A stretch of 64,000 nt of DNA. It comes from a virus. The position numbers and the translations under genes were made by a program. The DNA is taken from positions 64,001 to 128,000 of the IMG/VR virus record IMGVR_UViG_3300037042_003932; one strand, given 5' to 3'. Each line of letters begins with the position of its first letter. Within the stretch, counting starts at the first letter, position 1. Positions 10,953-21,100 of this stretch are shown piece by piece. A model generated the notes under the pieces. The model saw only the letters and a list, made by a program, of their open reading frames with translations. It did not search any database and was not told where the DNA came from.

Positions 10953-12326
10953 TCACACCGTCCCTTCCGAGTCCAACGGGATAATTTTAGGCGTAGCGGG
11001 CTTGGCGTTAGCCGCTTGCTCCAAAACTCTACCTACGCTCGCTCTAGCAGCTTGCAACGAGCTTTCTTGCCCACTACGAACAGCTGCCTGGTACCTGTAC
11101 GCAGAAGAATCTTGTTTCGCCTCTAGGTTCGAACGATAAGCTCCCGCGATAACCGCAACCGCTGGGTTACCGGTCATCTGCTTGTTCAAACCCATGGCGT
11201 CAGGACCTATAGCGTTCGCCGCTTCTTCAGCCCAAGACATGTACGATGCGTACGAGTCATCGTTGGGTTTCCAAACATTAAACAACGCTACCGCTGACTG
11301 TTGCCCAGCTATCAAGCTATAAAGGGACGCCCACTCTTCCTCAACCTGTAAATGCGGAGAGACATCCACTAGGTCTGCAGACGTTCCTTGGATGTGGCTA
11401 CGCATCGTAATCCCAGTGAACGACGCAGACACCGACCGCGCAGAAGAAGAGTGAGTTTCGCTGTTCAAATCGGGGTATGCAATGCGCAGTTTAGCCACCA
11501 AGGTAGCCAACGTTACGTACTGCATAGGTGAGTAATCCCAGTACTTTAGGTTACCCTCAGTCCCTAGGGGGTCTCCTCCTGGTAACCATGTCGCGGGAAC
11601 GACCTCAAAAGATGACAGATCAACATCCAAGTACAACGCTTCTTCAAGCGCTATCGACACACAAGTCTCGCTAAGACTCCCAGCTGACCCGTAGATATTG
11701 TTCGTGTCTCCTAGGATGTAAAGATCTCCATTCCGGCTAATAACGAAATGGACACCTTCTTTACGATCCGGGGGATTCAAAAAATACTGCAGGCTAGAAG
11801 ACAACCGCCTAGAGTTGTACATCCCGTTCTCGGGGACAGTACCCTTGGGAAGCCACACCTGCACGATGCTACTCTCAGACACCTGCTGCGCAAAGTACTC
11901 CCTGCCACCTGGGACGTTCATAGCTCCCTTCCACTTCCCAGAAGCCTTGAACGCGTGCCAGGTAGACCCGAAAGAATGAAGAACAATCTGCTTCACTTCG
12001 CGTGCTGTGTCTTTGGACCACGGGACAAATGAGTTGGGGGACGCAAAGGTATAGTAGACCTTCGACGTAGGTGGAAACCCTTCGGCAGACAACAGCCGCT
12101 TACTCAGAGTTGTCGCTGGGACATCGTACGTGCTCGTGTTCGTCTGGACACCTACAACCCGGTCGTGGTGTCCGCTGACATTACCGAGTAAAGAAAGCCA
12201 ATCAGACGCCTTGGCTTCTTCAGTCTCGTACGTAGAATCCGCAGGGGAAGAAGCTGTCTTTCTAGCTGATGTGTTCTCTGCTGCCTGCTGAGACAACTGC
12301 GATTTCTGTTTTCCAGAGATGGGCAT
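10953..12326 (-). CDS. N-acetylmuramoyl-L-alanine amidase (Amidase_2)-like protein, possibly degenerate
   Basis: IVLHS, HFVISRNGDLYI, SIALE and QYVTLATLVAKL motifs; the later Zn ligands are not canonical. Confidence 0.65.
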   Translation of the reverse strand: MPISGKQKSQLSQQAAENTSARKTASSPADSTYETEEAKASDWLSLLGNVSGHHDRVVGVQTNTSTYDVPATTLSKRLLSAEGFPPTSKVYYTFASPNSFVPWSKDTAREVKQIVLHSFGSTWHAFKASGKWKGAMNVPGGREYFAQQVSESSIVQVWLPKGTVPENGMYNSRRLSSSLQYFLNPPDRKEGVHFVISRNGDLYILGDTNNIYGSAGSLSETCVSIALEEALYLDVDLSSFEVVPATWLPGGDPLGTEGNLKYWDYSPMQYVTLATLVAKLRIAYPDLNSETHSSSARSVSASFTGITMRSHIQGTSADLVDVSPHLQVEEEWASLYSLIAGQQSAVALFNVWKPNDDSYASYMSWAEEAANAIGPDAMGLNKQMTGNPAVAVIAGAYRSNLEAKQDSSAYRYQAAVRSGQESSLQAARASVGRVLEQAANAKPATPKIIPLDSEGTV

Positions 12327-13027
12327 CAGTGACCTCCACGTTGTATTCTCTGGAGATCGTCGATGAACTTTCTCTTCTTGTAGCTAAGCTGACCCTGAGT
12401 CATGTTGTACTTCTTCATCAGCTGGCTGTTGGACATAGCAGACTTACCCTTGTAGCCAATAATGTCCTCGAACAGAGGCTTATCCATGGGTGATAGCCCG
12501 AAGTGATAAAAATCCACCATGCCGTCGTCAGCGTCAGCATCGAAGGAGGCTCCCTCGGACTCCACGAGCTCACGGCGGTCAAACGCTCGCTGGAATGTGA
12601 CAACCCTCTTAGGTGTCCACCCTAAGTGGTCTGCCATCTCATCCGTAGTCGGGTCTCTACCAAGCTGGTCAGATAGCGACGTCTTCCCTACGTTGTACGC
12701 GTGATAGAAGAGCTGCTGGTTCTCCGGGATTCGAGCTACGTTCATGTGTGGGTACACACTGCGAGAGAGCTTACGCAGCCGACTCGTAACGTGTGTGCCA
12801 ATCGTGGCTCCCATGTTGGGGTTGTAATTATCAAGGGCTTCCACCGCCAACAGTCTCGCCTTGGAGTTCAACGCTACTGGCGGAACTGCTTGACCCCACT
12901 TATTGACTTCGTTCTGAATGAGAGGTTGCAACTGGTTCAAGAGCTTCTCAAGAGTCTGTGGATTTCGAGTTTGCTTCCACTCTTTCCAAAGCTCTAAGTC
13001 CGTAACCTGTCGAGAAGTCATTGCCAT
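12326..13027 (-). CDS. Sigma70-family (FliA/SigB-like) RNA polymerase sigma factor
   Basis: Region 2 (LEKLLNQLQPLI..EALDNYNPNMGATIGTHV), region 3 (LSDQLGRDPTTDEMADHLGW) and a C-terminal HTH-like segment. Confidence 0.85.
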   Translation of the reverse strand: MAMTSRQVTDLELWKEWKQTRNPQTLEKLLNQLQPLIQNEVNKWGQAVPPVALNSKARLLAVEALDNYNPNMGATIGTHVTSRLRKLSRSVYPHMNVARIPENQQLFYHAYNVGKTSLSDQLGRDPTTDEMADHLGWTPKRVVTFQRAFDRRELVESEGASFDADADDGMVDFYHFGLSPMDKPLFEDIIGYKGKSAMSNSQLMKKYNMTQGQLSYKKRKFIDDLQRIQRGGH

Positions 13028-13039
13028 GGAGTAATCCTC

Positions 13040-16000
13040 TTATTCCGAGAGTCTCTTGGAGCGAACGAACTCTCGATACGCTTTTAGCACTTTATCCCAG
13101 TTACGTCGCGTCTGCGGTACTTGGAACATGTTATCTCTCACCGCTGTATCTAAGCGCTCCCAGTCGGCCAAAATGATATTTCCAAGAGGATCATCGATAG
13201 CTGTAACGTCCGCGCCTGTAATTTTTGATATCGTAGCAGGGTCCATGATATTCCCCGGACCTTGACGAAGCTCAAAGAGGCGCTTGTAGTACACCGCACC
13301 CTTCTTAGAATTCTTATCCTCGCTGTTGTAAGCTGTAACCGTGTTATCAGCGCTGCTATCCGACTTCGTGATGCTATTAAGATCAGTGCTGTTCTTTAGG
13401 TCTCGGAACTCTGTGATAGTCACTGCAGGTCTTGCCACGTAATGCATGGCGTCGTCATAGTTCTTAAACAAATGCCTGAATTTGGGCTTAGGCTCCGTGT
13501 ACATACCCTCTTCCCAAACCCAAGATTCGAGTGCTGCCTTCGGGATAGGTTCTCCATTTGTCTGATAGAGATCTAGCATCTCTTCCCAGTTAAAGATGGA
13601 AGTCTTTCCAGTGTCGTTCACAGTTGGGTACAGCAACGTGGTGTAAAACTCGTCAGTCTCGTCTACTGTCTGCATGATACGCGCAACTTCAGCGACAGGG
13701 TCTCTAGGAGCCGAGAGATACCCCTCATCGCTATCACGCATATAATGGTCGAGGTCCAAATCTCTATCCCGCTCTTTATACACATTCAGGAACTCAGGGA
13801 ACGACCTCAGATACCCAAGCGTCACACTTGTCGAGATTTCAGGAGATTCAACATTCCACGTATGCGACACCGATTGTACGTACCCAAAGATATCAAATTT
13901 ACTGTCTCTAGAGTCAAAAACAACAGCAGGGAAACCAGGTACAATATACGGGTCAAAAGCTAAACGAAGTGACGCTGCTCGAGGTTCGTACCGGGAACGG
14001 AAGTACTCGTACTTCGCGTACAAATCAAACAAACCTCCGAGTATCTGGTTGGTATCGCTGTCTGACTCTACGGGAGCTGCGGCGTCAGCTTCTTTTTCCG
14101 CTGTAGATGGGTCAGCAGCTTTTGCACCTGGCGTTGTTCCAACCTTCTTTACGTTCTCCGCGTGTTGCTGCGCCGCATATTCGTCGCTAACGGCATACGG
14201 AGTTTCCGCTACCTTTGCCTGAGCCGGTGTCTGGATAACAGCAGACGGAACGGCATAACCTTTAGCCTGCGGTGACCCACTTGTGCTCGCAGCACTCGCA
14301 AGAGTAACTGCTCCATCAGCCTCGGCTAACTTCTTCCACCGGCTGTATATCTTAGAGGAACGTTTACGCCACCACTCCATTGGTGTTTTTTGGTCTTCTT
14401 TTAGGAAGGATTTCTTTACCGCCGAGTTTACGTCGTTAACATCTACTCGCAAATTCCGAGACTTGATAACACCATCTTTGTACGTCTTAGTGTCAACTAG
14501 GTTCTTTAGCTTCTTAGCCGACCCTGAGCCCTCACCGTAGGCATACGCGACTAAATGCATCTTGTTCGGTACAGCAGGTAAGTCATGCTCGGGGTCTGCG
14601 TACATATCAGAAAGAATGAAATCTTTATTTTTAGCGCCTACAGCCCAAGCACACTGAGCGAGATACATACAACTCGCAGCGATGTTCAATTCAGGGTTGA
14701 AGATGTTAACTCCACCTAAACTAGCAATGTACGAATCAGTCAGTAGACGCCTCTTCTTAAGCGTCTCTATACCCTTGTCAAAAGTGCTCTGTAATGTTTG
14801 ACCCAATCCTTTTGAACTCGAGTGAGTAGACGCTACCGTAGGGTCACCACCAGACTCAGCGGCTAACGTGGACAACATAACGTAAATAGCGTCAGGGAAT
14901 CCTAGAGGTGTCAAATACTTTAGAGCTAATTCCTTATACGTAGTAAGCATAAGAGTAGTAAGCGTTCCTGCTTTTCCTTTGTAAACCTTTGGGGTGTAGC
15001 TGGGTGTATACGCAGCTCCCGTAGACGTAGCAGGCTTACCATCGACGGCTACACCAGTCCCTAGAGCCTTATAATATTGCTCCAACATCACAGCCCACGG
15101 TGGAACTCCTATATGACGGGTTACTGGACCCTTATGGAGCTCTTCAGGATAGATGAGAAAGTTCTTAGTGTTGGGCTTATCCGTCAATAGGAAAGACTTC
15201 ATCCACAGCTTAACGATGTGCGGATATCCTGTGGTCGTCATCGACTTGGTAAGCTCACCTATCTGTGCGTCGGAACTAGCCGTGAGAATCTTATTGAGGA
15301 AATCCTCACCCAGGTACACCCGAGTAGGTTGAGCCATGAAGTTTTCATTGAAGCTGTAGGACTCGATCATACTCGGGAATATGATGTTACATCGAGGCGG
15401 AACAGCAAAAATACATTGAGGCTTTACGTAGTGCGCGAGGATTGAACCTTCAGAATTGTTAGCCTTGACGTTACGCTTAGTGAAAGAACCCTCGAATAGC
15501 CGTGTGTCCTTGTTAACACTCGCAATTGGTGGAGCAGGAGTAGTCCCAATCTCCATGAGCATCACGCCCATAACCTTCTGCAAGATTTCCCACGCCGTCC
15601 CCGAATCACCAACACTGACACCAATCTGGTCAGCAAGGGCGTTCATCACGTTGACGCTCGTCACTTGATTGAGAAGCGGGAACGCACCAGTGGTCGGGTC
15701 CTTCTGGAGCTCGTCGTCGAACCCGTACAAAGCCGTCCAACGCCGCACGAAGTCCGTCTTACGCAACCAGCGACCAAAGAAATTACGACCAGGAACGGCG
15801 CAAGCAGACCTAGGGACTGTCCCTTGGGGCTCAGAGGTCAGCTCAGATTCCCCTACAGATACCTCACCCTTTAAAGCTTTGAAAATATTCCAAATGAACT
15901 CTGACGGGCTCTTAATGACCTCAAGAGGATCTTCAATATTTTCGCTTCCAGTTACGGGAACAGCTGTGGGGACCAAGCCATGACGGAATAACGACAAGGG

Positions 16001-16474
16001 GTATGACACCATCGGGGTGACTACAGTCTCGCTCGAGGTTCCGACAACGGCGCTGTTCGCGGTAACGATGTCATCAACCGACGACATATAGTAGAACTTC
16101 AGCTGCTCAAAAATCTGTAGAGTAGAACGCAGGCTGAAGTTCACCGCTCGTCCCATGCCTGTGTTCGTGTATCCCCACTCTATGATCTCGTATTCACCCA
16201 TCATCCTGAACTGTGGATTGTTGGGCTGGTAGAACTCGTCCAGATAAAATATCTCAACGAGAATTCGGTCCTCAAACCCCAAACGCTGAAGCATGACGTG
16301 AGGAGGAACAGTAATCTGAGCAGTCGGAATCTGCCAAACACCAAACTGGACGTTTACAGAGTTTACAGGTATCTCGATGCCGTCGATGTAAACAAGCCAC
16401 ACAGCGGTATGCGGCCTATTAGTGGAATAATTTTCGGTAGTAGCCGCAAGCGGATTCTGCTTCTTCTTTGGCAT
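13040..16474 (-). CDS. Baseplate hub-like protein with inserted lytic transglycosylase (SLT) domain (1144 aa)
   Basis: N-terminal VYIDGIEIPV and C-terminal FDPYIVPGFP..GYVQSVSHT are hub-like. Internal AESGGDP..SSKGLGQ..FNPELNIAASCMYL..AYAYGEG gives the SLT motifs with the catalytic Glu. Confidence 0.75.
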   Translation of the reverse strand: MPKKKQNPLAATTENYSTNRPHTAVWLVYIDGIEIPVNSVNVQFGVWQIPTAQITVPPHVMLQRLGFEDRILVEIFYLDEFYQPNNPQFRMMGEYEIIEWGYTNTGMGRAVNFSLRSTLQIFEQLKFYYMSSVDDIVTANSAVVGTSSETVVTPMVSYPLSLFRHGLVPTAVPVTGSENIEDPLEVIKSPSEFIWNIFKALKGEVSVGESELTSEPQGTVPRSACAVPGRNFFGRWLRKTDFVRRWTALYGFDDELQKDPTTGAFPLLNQVTSVNVMNALADQIGVSVGDSGTAWEILQKVMGVMLMEIGTTPAPPIASVNKDTRLFEGSFTKRNVKANNSEGSILAHYVKPQCIFAVPPRCNIIFPSMIESYSFNENFMAQPTRVYLGEDFLNKILTASSDAQIGELTKSMTTTGYPHIVKLWMKSFLLTDKPNTKNFLIYPEELHKGPVTRHIGVPPWAVMLEQYYKALGTGVAVDGKPATSTGAAYTPSYTPKVYKGKAGTLTTLMLTTYKELALKYLTPLGFPDAIYVMLSTLAAESGGDPTVASTHSSSKGLGQTLQSTFDKGIETLKKRRLLTDSYIASLGGVNIFNPELNIAASCMYLAQCAWAVGAKNKDFILSDMYADPEHDLPAVPNKMHLVAYAYGEGSGSAKKLKNLVDTKTYKDGVIKSRNLRVDVNDVNSAVKKSFLKEDQKTPMEWWRKRSSKIYSRWKKLAEADGAVTLASAASTSGSPQAKGYAVPSAVIQTPAQAKVAETPYAVSDEYAAQQHAENVKKVGTTPGAKAADPSTAEKEADAAAPVESDSDTNQILGGLFDLYAKYEYFRSRYEPRAASLRLAFDPYIVPGFPAVVFDSRDSKFDIFGYVQSVSHTWNVESPEISTSVTLGYLRSFPEFLNVYKERDRDLDLDHYMRDSDEGYLSAPRDPVAEVARIMQTVDETDEFYTTLLYPTVNDTGKTSIFNWEEMLDLYQTNGEPIPKAALESWVWEEGMYTEPKPKFRHLFKNYDDAMHYVARPAVTITEFRDLKNSTDLNSITKSDSSADNTVTAYNSEDKNSKKGAVYYKRLFELRQGPGNIMDPATISKITGADVTAIDDPLGNIILADWERLDTAVRDNMFQVPQTRRNWDKVLKAYREFVRSKRLSE

Positions 16475-16495
16475 CGAGACCCTCTGGAGACTCAG

Positions 16496-16990
16496 TTAGC
16501 CGCGCATTTCAATAATGGCTGACATGATTACAATGGCACAGCGAGCAGCCACACGCAACACAGCGTTTGTAGACTTCAAAGACGCGATGAGCATGTTCAC
16601 GTACTCTTCGTTTATCCGGTAGTTTACAAAAGAGGCAGCAACATTCTCGTACAGTAGGTCGTACTGCCGTAACTCAGTATCTATGGGTATGCTATTACGC
16701 TTCTCACAGATAAGGACCTCTAGCGTCTTTTGCTGGTTAACCAAATCGACGAAGATCGCGGATAGATTACTCCGTAAAGTACGAAGGATAACTTCCCGGG
16801 TCTGCACCTCTCGGAGCTCAGTATTAGCTATATGGTCCAGCGTTCTGTTTCTCAAGAGTTCCGCATTAGGCACTCTGAGAAACCTCGCAGCCATCACCTC
16901 TTCTAGCGGTATCATCTTCCCTCGGTGACACCTCCGGTACTCGGGTTCAGGGAGACGCCCTGCTGTCTCAAATTCCCAGACGTATGTCAT
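16496..16990 (-). CDS. Hypothetical structural-operon protein
   Basis: ATGA overlap with the upstream gene at 16987-16990. Confidence 0.65.
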   Translation of the reverse strand: MTYVWEFETAGRLPEPEYRRCHRGKMIPLEEVMAARFLRVPNAELLRNRTLDHIANTELREVQTREVILRTLRSNLSAIFVDLVNQQKTLEVLICEKRNSIPIDTELRQYDLLYENVAASFVNYRINEEYVNMLIASLKSTNAVLRVAARCAIVIMSAIIEMRG

Positions 16991-17541
16991 CCCCACACCA
17001 GCGCATTCGTTTTAGTCGCCTGTTGTCCGAACTCGTCATGACCCGTGTAGCGTATGTACACCTTCTGAGCCGTGGGCCATGGAACCGTACTCTGGATATA
17101 GAACGTAAGTTCATGCCCTTGGGTTCGTCTAACCTTGCTTAGAGTCCCGTCATACGGAGGATAAAAAGCCTCGGTTTCAACAAAGCCATTGTACGCAATG
17201 TCAAAAGTGAGACCGCCATCCACGCTGATCTCCACGACCGACACTTCTTGACTGATCCAACTCGAGTAGCAGTAGGTTATGAACTTGAGCACCTGAGTGA
17301 GAGACACATTCCTCTGTCCGTCCAACGGACGAGAGAACAAGAATCGAGGCTCAATATCGCTCTTGGGTGTTCCACACTCACATTGCCCACACGGGTCAAT
17401 CCCACAACCCCCGGCCATAACCCCGACTTCCGGAGACGGAGGAGTCCCCAAAGGACCTGTCTTCCAGAACTCTTGCGAACGGAAACCGTCATCAGAGAAA
17501 CTTCCGATATTGAGGTTTCGTGGTGCTACTACAAATGGCAT
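16987..17541 (-). CDS. Hypothetical protein with Ig-like (Big_5-like) segment
   Basis: SRPLDGQRNVSLTQVLKF resembles the start of a Big_5/SbsA Ig domain. Confidence 0.55.
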   Translation of the reverse strand: MPFVVAPRNLNIGSFSDDGFRSQEFWKTGPLGTPPSPEVGVMAGGCGIDPCGQCECGTPKSDIEPRFLFSRPLDGQRNVSLTQVLKFITYCYSSWISQEVSVVEISVDGGLTFDIAYNGFVETEAFYPPYDGTLSKVRRTQGHELTFYIQSTVPWPTAQKVYIRYTGHDEFGQQATKTNALVWG

Positions 17542-17544
17542 CTA

Positions 17545-18129
17545 TCACACCTTTGTAAACCCGAGGTTGCTACTCCAAGAACCAAAAGGAGTGGTACGCT
17601 CAGCTAGGATCGACAAGTAGTACTCGACATCCGGCGAAAAGAGACTCGCGGAGCAAGTGAACTTGAAAACACCTTGAGAAGTATCCGTAGTTTCAGGACC
17701 AAATGGGTATACCAGTGCTCCCGCAGTACTGTACGCAGCCAGAGTCATACTCGTGAGGTCCGTAACGCGTACACCGTCTTTCGTCATCCAGACCCCAAAG
17801 GTTGCAGTCACGCCGTTGTCCGATGCCGTCATCTCAAACTTGACGTTGCTCACAGCTACAAGTTGAGACCCACCGTACACGTCGTCGTTGTATGTGTTCG
17901 TGATTTCCCAAGTCCAGTAGCCCGCGTCTAACGCGGTAAATGAAAACTTGTACTCACCTGATGTTCCGATTTCCACGACAGCTTGGTCCAACAGAGGAGA
18001 CGCAACGACTCCGTTAAACCAAATAGTGATTGTAAAACCAGTCACACCTGTATGCTTGGTGACACCATCCGGCTCATAAAGAGGAAAGGTGTCTACAACG
18101 CTGAAGTTCAAAGTGGTAGGAGGAGCCAT
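17545..18129 (-). CDS. Hypothetical virion protein (beta-rich, Ig-like)
   Basis: VVEIGTSGEYKFSFTALDAGYWTW; RBS GAGG; tight operon packing. Confidence 0.6.
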   Translation of the reverse strand: MAPPTTLNFSVVDTFPLYEPDGVTKHTGVTGFTITIWFNGVVASPLLDQAVVEIGTSGEYKFSFTALDAGYWTWEITNTYNDDVYGGSQLVAVSNVKFEMTASDNGVTATFGVWMTKDGVRVTDLTSMTLAAYSTAGALVYPFGPETTDTSQGVFKFTCSASLFSPDVEYYLSILAERTTPFGSWSSNLGFTKV

Positions 18130-18139
18130 GGTTTACCTC

Positions 18140-21100
18140 TCAGTCCGTGATTCTAATTTTGTTAGTGCCGCGAACTTCTGCTCGCACGCTGTCCAGGTAT
18201 ACGTACCGAGAGCTGCTTGTGGTCTCTCCACAGATACCAAACGCACCCGGCATGATATGATTTGTGTCCACGGTGGTGCATGTAGCGAGCACTGTTTCTC
18301 CTGAACGAGCAATGAGAGTCAGGGTGCTACCCACAGCCTCAAACTCAAGCTCAACAGTATCTCCTACAGTATAGGGGCACGCAATAGTAGCCAGGGAAGT
18401 TCTACCTTGCGTTCCTGCGCTGTCAAAGACACGCTCTATCTGCAACAAGGTATTCCCCGTTGAGATGTGATACAGCGTCCCCAAGTACCCATGCGCAATT
18501 CCAGTTCCAGCTGTGGCCCAGTGAATTCGTGTGAAGAATCCAATGCGGCCACCTGCGTACCCAACACGCGCATCACCTAAGATAGAGACATCCCTCAAAT
18601 AGGGATAAGCGTCCCAGCGCTCCCAACCAACTTCAGAACAACGCGCCGCATTGGAATAGATATCCCATCCGTCACCTGTCTGAGTGATGACGTCCCAGAA
18701 GTCACCAAGGTTCGTAGCGTCTGCCCGCGTGAATCTCTCGATGTACTTAAACGTGGAACGTTGACTCACTTGTCCCCAAGTAGCGTCACGATCTCCGAGT
18801 AGCAGAGCGCCGTTGGGTTCCTGTTTCGCTGCGTACTCAACAACCCACGCGTCAGTTATCTCGTGCACGATGGGTTCCGCCCACCATCCACCACCCTTTA
18901 TGCGCAAGTCTGCGGGAGCTGCCCACAAAGATTGATTGATAGGTCCCGGAATCCACGCTTTACCGATAGCGCCAGCGTTGTTCACGATTATCCCGCAGCC
19001 ATAACTGACATGCTGCCAAAAATCGATTATAATCGGAGTATCGAATCGTGCTCGTGCTGTGTCCTTGTGATAACCACCCCAGAATAACGGCACTTCACAC
19101 GTCTGCGTTCCACGTTCAGAGTCGTAGATTGCTAACCTTATTGTGGGGTCCGCTATTCCGTGAACCTGGTCTCTTACATAAGTTCTAGCGACGTCGTCAC
19201 CGCTATTATAGAAAGAGAGCGTAAACCGATTTGTGATAACTAACCCTGCACATTGCACGTCAACTAAAAGTAACTCGTCGGTCTTACATAGAAAACTTGC
19301 TTGGGGCATCATGGTCATCGATACGTGCATCCACCTAGGATCAAGACAATCATCCCATTGGATCTCTTCCGAACCCATAGTTGTTCCTTCCGGAACCCAG
19401 CTATGAGGCCACAATGTTCCAATGTTCAGCATGGGTGCGTCCCACCCTACAGCCTGAGAGTCCTGGTAAACACGAACATACGCTCGCCACTCGTCCTCAA
19501 GGTCTAATGGGTTTCCTCCGGCGAGATCCAAAGCGGCGTGCTCACGCCACCACCATCTTGGTGGATGCATATAGTACGTACGATTACGTCGTGTAGTCAG
19601 CGTACCTGTTGCCGTTGAACCAGGAGCATTGTTGATCCTGATGTAACCTGAAGTAGTCTCTGGACCTGCTTTGGCGCTCCAGCTCGTACACACCTTCGTA
19701 TAACCAGCTACAGAGAAACGAACATTCGTCCTCGAGTATGCGTAGTTTTGATTTTCTGGTTTTGTGAGAGTACCATCGGTGCTGTCGTGTAAAAAACCAC
19801 CTGTGTACGGGCCAGGTAACGGAAGTCCCGTACTCGCGTCCTCTTCAACACCACCTAACAACAAAGTAAAACTATACCCTGTGTCTAGGTAATAGGATCT
19901 AGCTGCTCGCCAACGCGACCACAAACGATTCCAATACGAAGTCCCACCGTAATCTTCTGGATCTCCAGCGTCACCAGCATCAGCCAAAAGCTGTTCGTCG
20001 TTAACAGACCAAGCAGACCCTGACCACTGAAGAGTCCATACACCAGGGTGCACAGCGCCTGTAGCCGGGTCTTCACCGCCGTATACCCAAATGGTGTCTA
20101 CCCCGTCATAACTCAAGGCACACGACACCAGGTTACGAGGTAAAGTAGATCCCGTAAGCGTTACAAGATACTCAGTCGCTACGGGGGTTGCTGGGTTAAC
20201 GATAACCACACGAAGTTTAGACGAGTGTACTTCTTTACCTCCAACGACTACAGCCATTCCGTCGAGGGACCCTCCAGAACAAAAGACAGCTTCCCCTCCG
20301 GAGTCTGCAGTAGCCAAAAGGTTCGTACCGAGCTCTGTGATAGTCCCCGCGCCGCTTGTGTCTACAACCAAGACAGTTCGAGAGTACACACCTGTCGTGG
20401 CTTCGCCTCCCAAGATGTACAACTTTTTGTTAGCCGGGTCCCACGCGGTAGCTGCGTTCATACGAGCTGACGCGTACGTTGCGGGGGTAGTTTTAACTCC
20501 ACCGTTCCAATAGGTTAACAAAATACCTACTAAGTCAGTGCCTAAAAGAACATACCGATAACTGAGAGTATCAGTTACGCCCGCAAATCGAAGTTGTTGT
20601 GTCGTGTCAGCTACTGAGTCTGCTCCAGTGATAGTTAAGTTTGTAGAACCACTCCAAGTAGAAAAATAGAAATCACCTGTAGGTGACACAGAAGCAAGAA
20701 CAAACATATGTGTGACATCGGTAGCCACCTGAACATCATGTACGTCACTAGGCCCGACCGTAGACTCTAGAGGTACTTCTAGCTTAAGAGTCGGATTGAT
20801 TACTATGTTTCTACCTTGGTAATCGATATGCCGCTCTTCTCGGCTACTCTCTAACATTTCACTTCTAGCTTTATCCCAGTAACTTGGACGGTAGGATTCT
20901 ACTGTACTCGGACCAGCCTTCTCGTTCCATATAGTGAATCCCGCGTTATTAAAATAATTAATCGAAGGTGAGCCGTACGTATTTTCAACAAGAACAGCGT
21001 CTCGAGGTGTGCAATAATCCCCTTGCATAACTAGAGCGCAACACAAGGCATAATCCAAAGTGTAGTTACATGCGCTCTGGTATGTCTCAGGGTCCGTATC

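Noticed and set aside
16987-16996. Possible -1 frameshift joining the 184-aa Ig-like ORF to the next ORF (YVWEFET resembles a final Big_5 strand)
   Set aside because: An ordinary ATGA coupling explains it, and TGG GGA is not a good slippery heptamer.
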